NCBI GenBank assembly: GCA_022570905.1
Contig: JACZYV010000001.1
Span: 1 to 51,282 of the forward strand
Reading direction: 5' to 3'
DNA length: 51,282 bases
From: Chloroflexota bacterium
GTDB taxonomy: Bacteria; Chloroflexota; Dehalococcoidia; Lucifugimonadales; UBA3495
This document shows positions 36,815 to 45,100 of this stretch, in pieces. The notes beneath the pieces are model-generated. The model worked only from the letters and a program-made list of their open reading frames with translations. It made no database searches and was not told where the DNA came from. The stretch's first letter is position 1. Each line of letters opens with the position of its first letter. The position numbers were made by a program, and so were the translations under genes.

Positions 36815-38266
36815 ATGGCATTTAGGCGCAGGCCGAGCGACAACATAATCCGGCTCCGCAGACGGAGGGAGCTGTCGCCCACGGTGGCCGATGTAGAGCC
36901 GCCCAGGGCAAACCGGCCGCTATTCGGCACCACCACCATCCTTCTCTCAGCTTTTGCTCTGCTGATCTTGGCGGGAGGAAGCCTCTTAACCCTGCCTATA
37001 GCGCAGAACGGCTCCGGGTTTACCGCCATGGAGACTGCATTTTTCACCTCGGTCTCCGCGGTGACGGTGACCGGCCACACCGTGGTCGATACCAGCACAT
37101 ATTGGTCCGCATTCGGCCAGGCGGTCATTTTCGTATTGATGTTGGTTGGCGGGCTGGGATTCATGGTCATCAGCACTTTCATTCTTTTGCTGATAGGACA
37201 AAGATCGACCCTTCAAGAACGTATCTTGACCCGTGCGCTGATGCGCGACACCGTTGGCGTGAACCGCATGCAGGGATTGCGGCAATTGGGCCGGGCCGTG
37301 ATCGGGATGGTGTTCTTACTCTACGCGGCGGGCGCCGCAATGATCTTCTGGCAGATCAACGGCATCGACGGCATGGGCGCCCCGCAGTCTCTCTGGCACT
37401 CGATATTTCTCTCGGTTTCTTCTTTCAACAACGCCGGCTTTAACATACTTCCGGAGGTGCCTGGTGGGAGCAGCGTCGCCCGTTTCGTATCCGACCCAGT
37501 TTTACTGATAACCATGACCATCCTGATGGTCCTGGGAGGTCTGGGCTGGGTCTTGGTGGTAGACGTTTTCCGAAAACGACGGATCTCCCGGTTCTCTTTG
37601 GAGACCAAACTGGTCCTTGTCACCAGCATCCTACTGTGGGTGTTGGGCGCGGGGGTCCTGTATCTGGCCGAATTCGCCAACGCCGAAACCATGGCTAGTT
37701 TCAGTTGGGTGGATAAGATCATGGGCGCCGTCTTCAGTTCGGTCAGCGGCCGCACGGCGGGCTTCACGATCATGGACTTCGGCGAGGTCAAGGATGTCAC
37801 CAAGTCGACTTTCTCTGGACTGATGTTCATCGGCGGCGCGGCCGGTTCGGTGGCCGGCGGCATCAAGGTGGCCACGTTCGCGGTTTTGATGGCGGCTGTC
37901 GTCTCCTCCCTGCGGGGCCGCCCCCATGCCGAGGCCTTTGGCCGGGAGATTCACCAGTCCCAATTGCACCGCGCCCTCACCGTCGCCGTCCTCGCATTGG
38001 CATTTATCGTGGTCTCGGCGACTGTGTTGACCACCCTGGAACCGGATATCCCATTCCTCGACATCATCTTCGATACGGTATCCGCGTTTGGCACCACCGG
38101 CGCTTCCACCGGGATAATCCCAGACATGGGACTCGCCTCGAAGATCATATTCATGGTGCTGATGTATGTTGGCCGGCTGGGTCCGGTCGCGTTGGCCCTC
38201 GCCTTGGCCCCAGAAGACGATACCGAGGTGTACCGTTTTGCCCAAGAAAGCGTTAAAATAGGCTGA
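36815..38266 (+). CDS. trkH: TrkH/KtrB-family potassium uptake membrane subunit
   Basis: Four pore-loop glycine motifs: SAVTVTGH, FNNAGFN, SGRTAGF, FGTTGAS. 483 aa, polytopic. Confidence 0.9.
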   Translation: MAFRRRPSDNIIRLRRRRELSPTVADVEPPRANRPLFGTTTILLSAFALLILAGGSLLTLPIAQNGSGFTAMETAFFTSVSAVTVTGHTVVDTSTYWSAFGQAVIFVLMLVGGLGFMVISTFILLLIGQRSTLQERILTRALMRDTVGVNRMQGLRQLGRAVIGMVFLLYAAGAAMIFWQINGIDGMGAPQSLWHSIFLSVSSFNNAGFNILPEVPGGSSVARFVSDPVLLITMTILMVLGGLGWVLVVDVFRKRRISRFSLETKLVLVTSILLWVLGAGVLYLAEFANAETMASFSWVDKIMGAVFSSVSGRTAGFTIMDFGEVKDVTKSTFSGLMFIGGAAGSVAGGIKVATFAVLMAAVVSSLRGRPHAEAFGREIHQSQLHRALTVAVLALAFIVVSATVLTTLEPDIPFLDIIFDTVSAFGTTGASTGIIPDMGLASKIIFMVLMYVGRLGPVALALALAPEDDTEVYRFAQESVKIG

Positions 38267-38290
38267 TGGGCTTAGTAGAGGATTAACGCC

Positions 38291-39007
38291 GTGAAAAAAC
38301 AAGTCTGTGTAATCGGCCTCGGAAGGTTCGGATCGACACTAGCTCAGGAACTCTTTCAGAGCGGTCACGATGTCTTGGCCATCGACGTTGATGAGGCCAA
38401 GGTCCAAGAACAGATGGACCGGGCTACCTACGCGGTCCGCGCCGACGCCACCAACGAGTCGATATTGAAAGAGTTGGACGTGGCCGAATACGATGTGTGC
38501 ATCGTGGCCTTGGGCAGCGAGAACATCCAGTCCAGCATCCTGGTCTCCGTGCTGCTCAAGAGCCTGGGAGTGCCCTACATCATCGGCCGCGCGGCCAACG
38601 AGTTGCACGGCGCCACACTGGAGCGCATCGGCGTTGACCGGGTGGTCTATCCGGAAGCCGAAAGCGCCCGGCGCACCGCCCACGTGGGATTCGACACCGG
38701 GGTCATCGATTACATGCCCATCGTGCCCGACTTCGGCATCAGCAAATTGCGGCCTCCCGAAGAGATGGTAGGCCATACCCTGGAAGAAGCGGGACTGGCT
38801 GGCTCGGCAGACCGTCACGGAATATCGGTCCTGGCCATACGCCGGGGCCGGACCTCTTTCCTTCACCCGGCCAAAGACGAAGAGATCAAGGCCGGCGACG
38901 TGTTGATCGTGGCGGCCACGAACGAACATCTGGGCAAGATCTCGGAGATAGCCCGACATCTAGAACCGGTCTCTTCCGCACATCACACCCACCGTAACGG
39001 CGCCTGA
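38291..39007 (+). CDS. trkA: TrkA/KtrA RCK regulatory subunit (TrkA_N + TrkA_C)
   Basis: Canonical Rossmann VCVIGLGRFG and a C-terminal RCK_C (GDVLIVAAT). GTG start lies 24 nt after the trkH stop. Confidence 0.9.
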   Translation: MKKQVCVIGLGRFGSTLAQELFQSGHDVLAIDVDEAKVQEQMDRATYAVRADATNESILKELDVAEYDVCIVALGSENIQSSILVSVLLKSLGVPYIIGRAANELHGATLERIGVDRVVYPEAESARRTAHVGFDTGVIDYMPIVPDFGISKLRPPEEMVGHTLEEAGLAGSADRHGISVLAIRRGRTSFLHPAKDEEIKAGDVLIVAATNEHLGKISEIARHLEPVSSAHHTHRNGA

Positions 39008-39229
39008 TTCCAATACCGTTTAGGTGTGACCACGCTAGGATTTGCCGTGCCTGAATCTTCATGTATCGTCTTGCGCCAACGGCTTGACCCAATCGATCAC
39101 TTTGCCCAAACTGGAATTCACCCCGCTGGAATTCGTCTGGAAGGACCACTTTCAGACCACAACCCACGGCCGGAGAGCAGGCTTTGGAATGCCCGTTTCG
39201 GACGCCGTCTTAGATTCACAAAAATCTTA

Positions 39230-39258
39230 TTGTATTGGGATGACGCTGCTCGTATAAT
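39230..39258 (+). promoter_or_regulatory. Candidate sigma70-type promoter of the usp / RCK_N / trkA-like / pheA unit
   Basis: TTGTAT (39230-39235), 17 nt, perfect TATAAT (39253-39258). It is followed by an 8-bp hairpin AACCACGG-N14-CCGTGGTT (39274-39303) in the leader. Confidence 0.55.
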
Positions 39259-39332
39259 CTGGCATTGATTATGAACCACGGTATGGATTGACCCCCCGTG
39301 GTTGAGCCTAGGTCACCAATTCAGGACGGTGC

Positions 39333-39794
39333 TTGGCTATGCGGTTGGACGCAAAACGGCTCCTGGTGCCGGTTAACGGCAAACCCTACAGTGAACGCAC
39401 ATTCCGGTGGGCGTGCCAGATGGCGCGGGAATCCAAGACGGAACTCCACGCGGTCTACGTGATAGAGGTACCGCTGGAACTGTCATTGGAATCTGAGATC
39501 TCCTCGGATATCAACAAGGGCGAGGAGATCCTGGCCCGGATCGAGGCGATCGCCTCCGAAGAGAAATACAAAGGCCTCCAAGCCCGGTTCTTGCGGGCCA
39601 GACAAGCCGGCCCCGCGGTGGTGCTGGAATCTGAAGACCGGTTCATGGACCTGCTGATCGTGGGGGTTCCCTACAATCGCCGGTTCGGTACCTGCACGCT
39701 GGGCACCACGGCGTCTTACATCTTCAACAACGCCATGTGCCAGGTGATGTTCTGGCGGGAGCAGGCCCCAACTCCCATCTTCCCCAGAGACTAG
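39333..39794 (+). CDS. Universal stress protein (UspA family)
   Basis: Usp fold pattern (LLVPVNG..., HAVYVIEVP, DLLIVGVP...LGTTASYIFNNAMCQVMFW). The start is either TTG 39333 (AGGA 6 nt upstream) or ATG 39339. Confidence 0.8.
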   Translation: MAMRLDAKRLLVPVNGKPYSERTFRWACQMARESKTELHAVYVIEVPLELSLESEISSDINKGEEILARIEAIASEEKYKGLQARFLRARQAGPAVVLESEDRFMDLLIVGVPYNRRFGTCTLGTTASYIFNNAMCQVMFWREQAPTPIFPRD

Positions 39795-39797
39795 ACC

Positions 39798-40199
39798 ATG
39801 CGGGTGTTGATATACGGCTGTAACCGGCTAAGCGCCAGTCTGGTGGCCGACCTCGCCGGGGACGGAGCCGAAATAACGGTGCTGGGCGGCGAGCGGGACT
39901 GTCTCGAAAGCGTGGTCACCCACCCCGGCGTTCGAGTCGTTCTCACCGCGGAACCCATGATGCAGGACTATCTGCAGGAGGGCGGCATCGACCATGCCGA
40001 CGTTTTCCTGGCGATGTCCTCCGACGATCATCAAAATATCCTGGTCGCCCAGATCGCCAAGCATATATTCAACGTCCCCAAGGTGGTTTGCCATCTGGGG
40101 AGCCCCCAACTGCAGGTCATGTATGCAGCCCTCGGTCTGGACGTGGTAGGCTATTCATTCGGCCTGCTACAGGATGTCCGCCAGGCCATACAGGGATAG
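39798..40199 (+). CDS. RCK_N (TrkA_N)-only protein with a degenerate nucleotide-binding glycine motif
   Basis: 133 aa with a Rossmann-like layout, but GxGxxG is replaced by IYGCNRLS. ATG lies 3 nt after the usp stop. Confidence 0.7.
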   Translation: MRVLIYGCNRLSASLVADLAGDGAEITVLGGERDCLESVVTHPGVRVVLTAEPMMQDYLQEGGIDHADVFLAMSSDDHQNILVAQIAKHIFNVPKVVCHLGSPQLQVMYAALGLDVVGYSFGLLQDVRQAIQG

Positions 40200-40211
40200 T
40201 CCGAAGGGCCA

Positions 40212-40251
40212 GATGTACGTAGTGATCGCCTGATGTACGTAGTAATCGTTG
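40212..40251 (+). repeat. 20-bp tandem duplication of the trkA-like start region, creating the mini-ORF MYVVIA-stop (40213-40233)
   Basis: GATGTACGTAGTGATCGCCT followed by GATGTACGTAGTAATCGTTG, with 16/20 identical positions. The TGA of the first copy overlaps the ATG of the real gene (TGATG). Confidence 0.8.
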
Positions 40252-40892
40252 GATGCAGCGAGTCCGGCTACCACCTGTCCAAGGCGCTGATCGCCGCAGG
40301 GCATGAGGTGGTGGTCATCGAGAAAAACCCCGAGCGTTTCCATCTCCTCAACGAGGAATTGGGCAGCGTGGCCCTGCTGGGAGACGGCACCGACGAGACC
40401 ACCCTGAAACGTGCCGGCATAACCCGGGCCGATGTCGTCGTGAGTCTGACGGGGGCCGACGCCACCAACCTGGTGATCTCGCAGATGACCAAGCACATCT
40501 TTCAGGTACCCCGGACCATGGCCCTCATCAAGGACCCCAAGAACGAGCCCATCTTCCACGAGATCGGCGTCGACGTGGTGGTGAACTCCACCCACTTGGT
40601 GCTGGCCAGCCTGGAGGAAGGCGTTCCCGGAAGGCCTCTGATCCACCTGATGAACCTGCGGGTCCCAGGAATGGAATTGGTCAGTGTTTCCATACCGGCG
40701 GATTCCAACATCATCGGTAAACGCCTGAGCGAGATCGAGCTTCCGCCAAACAGCTTCATATCGCTCATGGTCAAGAAGAGTGGCGCGATGCTGCCCACCG
40801 GCCGGTCGGTTGTGGAACCTGAAGATGAGCTGGTGGCCGTCACTCCCACGGGAGACGAGCAGATCCTCTACGACATCCTCACCGGGGTGTAA
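40233..40892 (+). CDS. TrkA/KtrA-family RCK protein (TrkA_N + TrkA_C), second full-length paralog
   Basis: MYVVIVGCSESGYHL Rossmann start and a C-terminal RCK_C (ELVAVTPTGDE). Confidence 0.85.
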   Translation: MYVVIVGCSESGYHLSKALIAAGHEVVVIEKNPERFHLLNEELGSVALLGDGTDETTLKRAGITRADVVVSLTGADATNLVISQMTKHIFQVPRTMALIKDPKNEPIFHEIGVDVVVNSTHLVLASLEEGVPGRPLIHLMNLRVPGMELVSVSIPADSNIIGKRLSEIELPPNSFISLMVKKSGAMLPTGRSVVEPEDELVAVTPTGDEQILYDILTGV

Positions 40893-40894
40893 CC

Positions 40895-41722
40895 ATGGCC
40901 CGAACCTTGGGATTCCTGGGCCCGTCGGGCACCTACACAGAAGAAGCTAGCATCCTCTACGACTCCTCGGCTGAACTCCGCCCCTACCCGACCATCACCG
41001 CGGTGGGAGAAGCAGTCGCGGCGGGGGAATTGGAAGAGGGCGTTGTCCCCATCGAAAACAGCCTGGAAGGCTCGGTGAATTTTACCCTCGACCTGCTGAT
41101 CAGCCAGCCAAGTTTGTTCATCAAGGGCGAGGTGGTGGTTTCCATCGATCATTTCCTGATGGCTAAACCCGGTATCGTTCCGGCTGAGATCAAGGTTATT
41201 TACTCTCATCCACAGGCATTGGCCCAGTGCCGGCGATATCTCGAGAAGAACTATCCACAGGCCGAACAGATGGCCTCTCTCAGCACGGTGTTGGCGGTAG
41301 CCGATGCATTGACCAGCCCCGTGCCGGCGGCGGCGATAGCGCCACGCCGGGCATCGGAACTTAACGACGTGGAAATCTTGGACCAGGGGATCCAGGATGC
41401 GGCGGCCAACGTGACCCGGTTCGCGGTCTTGTCTCTCGCCGACCATCCTCCCACGGGACGGGACAAAACTTCCGTGGCCTTTACATTCGAGGACGATGAG
41501 CCGGGGTTGCTGTTTCGGGCGCTGGCCGAATTCGCCCAACGCGACATCAATCTTTACAAGATCGAATCCCGGCCCACCAAACAGTTGCTGGGCCAGTACA
41601 TCTTCCTCATGGATTGCGCCGGACACCGGGAAGAATCTCCCATGAAAGAAGCGCTGGCAGCCCTGTCTCAACCCATCAGTATGCTGCGGGTATTGGGGTC
41701 CTACCCTCGTTGGAACCCATAG
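40895..41722 (+). CDS. pheA: Prephenate dehydratase (PDT + ACT domains)
   Basis: LGPSGTYTEEA N-terminus, NVTRFAVL (TRF motif), ACT-domain KIESRPTK. ATG lies 2 nt after the trkA-like stop. Confidence 0.92.
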   Translation: MARTLGFLGPSGTYTEEASILYDSSAELRPYPTITAVGEAVAAGELEEGVVPIENSLEGSVNFTLDLLISQPSLFIKGEVVVSIDHFLMAKPGIVPAEIKVIYSHPQALAQCRRYLEKNYPQAEQMASLSTVLAVADALTSPVPAAAIAPRRASELNDVEILDQGIQDAAANVTRFAVLSLADHPPTGRDKTSVAFTFEDDEPGLLFRALAEFAQRDINLYKIESRPTKQLLGQYIFLMDCAGHREESPMKEALAALSQPISMLRVLGSYPRWNP

Positions 41723-42061
41723 ACGTAAGCCGGTCGTAAGAGAGATTGCCGGAAAAACGCCGGCCCTCCTCCAGCGGCATTGCTAAGAAACCCAAACACC
41801 ACACACATCACTTCTTAGCTGGTAACCGATTGGAGAAGGGCCGACCGGGACAGGCCCTGTACTGTCAGTCCACCCGGCAATCGCCCTCCACGGCGGTCCT
41901 GACATTTGAGGCACGAGGCCCGTGCACCCGTCTTATTTAATGGCTTCTACTTTCTAAGCAGATGCCCCCTTGGCAGATCAGCGCGATATCCGCGCCCATC
42001 AACTTCAGATGTTCCCTTTTCGCTAAAACTTTGTTTAAAAGCTTTTTGAAAATGTTTTTAT

Positions 42062-42090
42062 ACTTTAACCAAATTTTACCCTTATGTCAA
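42062..42090 (-). promoter_or_regulatory. Orphan near-consensus promoter-like element in a convergent intergenic region
   Basis: On the minus strand: TTGACA (42090-42085), 17 nt, TAAAGT (42067-42062), inside an AT-rich block. No annotated gene lies downstream before the pheA 3' end. Confidence 0.35.
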
Positions 42091-42185
42091 ATCAGACGCG
42101 ATCACCGTGTAAATCCGCGTGCCGGAACCCTTGACAAGCCCCTAAATCCTCCCCGGAACACCGCTTTTCACCAGTCACACCGGGC

Positions 42186-45100
42186 TCAGTTCCACCGGCC
42201 TTCATAGATGGCGGTCCCCTGGTTCTCGAACACTTTCCGGGCCAGGTTCTCAAATTTCCCAAGGCCCTCACCGCCATAGACGATCCGCTCCAAGTCACCC
42301 ACCACGACGTATTTCACCCGGTATTTGCGCAGCAGCTCCAGGGCCCGTTCCTCATCGGTGGTTTCGTACATCTCCTTAACATCCTCCGCTCTGTCCTGAA
42401 TGGCGTAGGAATAGGCCGCGCGCTGCTGGATCTGATGCCACGGCCAGCCGATGACCGTGGGCAGCCCGGTGTAATTCGCGAACCGGGCTCCCCAACGGTA
42501 TTGGACCAGATGGGCTTCCAAGATGACTGGAGAGCCTTCCACGTTATCCTGTATCCATCGGATGGCCTCTTGGTCCCATTTCAACTCCAGGGGCTGTTCC
42601 TGTTCTTGGTGCAAAGCCTCGGACATGTACGCCGCGCCGTCCAGTGTCGATGGACCGTCGGTAAACCGGTCGGAGATCCGGGCCCGGCTGCCTAAAGCCG
42701 TATAGATCAAGCTGGAACCGATGAGGACCACCAGCACAACCAACCAGGCGCCCGACCGCCAACCGATACTTGGCCGTAGGAAACCAGACGAACCCAGGTG
42801 CCACAGCATATATGCCGAAACGATACTGAGCAGCACCCAGATCTCCAAATAGTACTTGAAGAAGGTGTTCATCCGGCCGATGTCGCCTTCGACCCGGACC
42901 AGGTCAACTCCGATGCCGATGAGGAGGGCCAGGCCCAACAAGACCAAAGGAACTATCTCAAAGGGGCGGTCCTCGTCTTGGGAGGCGAAGATCCTCCAGG
43001 CAACCATCCCCGCCAGCGTCAAGAAGACAAGCAGCAAAGCCACGTTCCAGAAACCGGCGGCCCCAAAGAAGGCCGCGGCCAATATTCCCCCGGCCACGCA
43101 CACCCTTAGCCAGGTGATTCCCGGCACCGTGCTCTCGGGTCCATTATCTCTGAGACCCCAAACCAGTTCCTTAAACGTGCCACGGGCTTGATAGAGCAGG
43201 AAAGATGCGATGACGAATAAGAAGAGTCCGTGGATGCCCAGGAACCGGTCCACCGGGGTGCGCCACTTGGATACGTCCAGGCCGCTATTGAACGTCTCGT
43301 AGTTCAGATGGAAAGGCAGGAACGCCAATATGCTCAAAGCCCCAACTCCCACCACCAACACCGTCAGCAGGGCCAGTTTCTCCGTGCGGGTGCCGTCGGT
43401 GAAGTAAACCGCCAACGACAGCAGGCCAACGGTGAGAATGAGGTAGGTCGGAAAGTCCCAGCTATTCACCACCCACAGCGCCCCCAGACCCAGGGCCAAG
43501 GCCATCGCCGACACGATGGTCCACAGCCAACCGCCGTCCTTCAAGCCCACAACCAGGTTTAATCCAAGCCCGATCACCAGCAACGTGAAGGGTATAACCA
43601 TCATGTGAGCGTGTAGATCGGCGAACAAGAAGGTGAAGAAGGGGAATTCGGTGATATGGAATGACACGTCCGAATATTCCGCCAGCTTCGCCGGCACCCA
43701 GAACGCCAGGGGGTTGGGGTCGAAATTATCCAGATTGGGCAACATACGGCTGCTGCGCCAGAAATCGAAGGCCGCGAACGGCACACCGTCCACGACTCTG
43801 TTCCAGGAGTTTTGGACCATCTGCACCATGCCGTCCAGGTTGCCAACCACCGCTGTGAAAAGCCCGGCGGTGAGCCCCGCGCCCACGGGGCTCCAGGCCC
43901 ACTGCCTCCATGGAGCACGGTCTTCCCCGGAGGACAGCAGCGGCAGAACGCCCAGTCCGGGCAGCGAGACTAGGTGGCCGGAGGCCCGGCGTTGCCGCAC
44001 TCCCTCGGTCAGGTTATAAACCAACGTGTACGCCCCGGTGACGGTGAGGGCGAAGAACAAGGGCACGGCAAGGTTGAAGGCGGTTGTCGGCAGGATGCTG
44101 GTGACCCGAATGATGCTGGAGACCACGAAATATCCCCAGTAGTAGTAGTTCAGATAACCGCCGGCGAACCAGGGGTCGTATGGCGGCAGGGTTGTCGACC
44201 GGACCACCGCCGTGAGATAGGCCAGTTCCATGGGCTTTTCGCCGCCCCGGAACGGGTGCCACAGGTCTGGGTTGGCATGGCGCAGCAGGACAAAAGCCAG
44301 GAACGCGGCCAAGAAAAGCGCTTCCCCGAAGAGCAGCAGCCGCCAATGCTCCTTGAGAAACCCGGTTATCTCTTCCCATTTGAGCGCCAGGGCGGCCAGC
44401 GACAGCCCGGCCACCACCGCCAGGCCGAGGTAGACCGCCGTCCGGGAGAATTCCATCCACCCCAATGACACGGAGATCCAGGCGACATAGCTGACCGCCA
44501 ACAACCCGAAGATTCGGGCCAAGATGATCCCACGGTCGGGAAGCGGCCGGAAGATGAACATGGTCAATGGCAACGCCGCCAGGTAAATGATCTCCACGAC
44601 CAGCAACCAAGCGAGGACCGGCAGTTTGTTGGTCCAACTGTCCCGGTCCACGATGTCTGAGAACGTCCCCCCTTCCTGTTGTGAAATCAGGTCGTCCGCG
44701 GACAACATCAGTCCGCCCACCGGACGGTCATCAGCCGCCTGGGGGATGATCTTTAGCTGGACTCGAATGACGGCCTCGCTCAGGTGGGCCGAGTTCTTAA
44801 ATAGCAGCACCCGAGGGTGGTCATAGCCAACAACGTTGTCATCGGCATAGCCCAAGTTCAGGGTGATGGCCGAGCTCTCTTCTGGGTTCAACGGCTCCGG
44901 CTGTTCCAGACCGGCCCGCCCGATGGCGTCGTCGCGGAATGACACGCCGAACAGTTTTGGATAGTTGGTGAACGACCGCTCCAACCGGTAGCCCAGACTG
45001 CCGTCGAACAGGCTTTGGTAATACCGGTTGCTGAACGGGAACCGGTCCGGGGCCCGGGCGGCGCTGGCGTAGGGGCGGCTGCTGTAAAAGACCACGTACT

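Noticed and set aside
39111-39134. Two CTGGAATTC direct repeats 15 bp apart
   Set aside because: They are short (9 bp), the GAATTC core is a common palindrome, and there is no supporting regulator or conservation information.
39026-39268. 80-aa and 71-aa + strand ORFs filling the trkA-usp gap
   Set aside because: There is no SD, the composition is odd (R/W-rich C-terminus), the two ORFs overlap each other in different frames, and both overlap the strong TTGTAT-17-TATAAT promoter. The direct repeats CTGGAATTC (39111-39119 and 39126-39134) there may be a binding site, but that is too weak to call.
41860-41930. SRP (4.5S) RNA-like GTCAGGACCGCC...GGAGGG on the minus strand
   Set aside because: It deviates from the highly conserved GUCAGGUCCGGAAGGAAGCAGC core at many positions, and no symmetric closing helix is evident.
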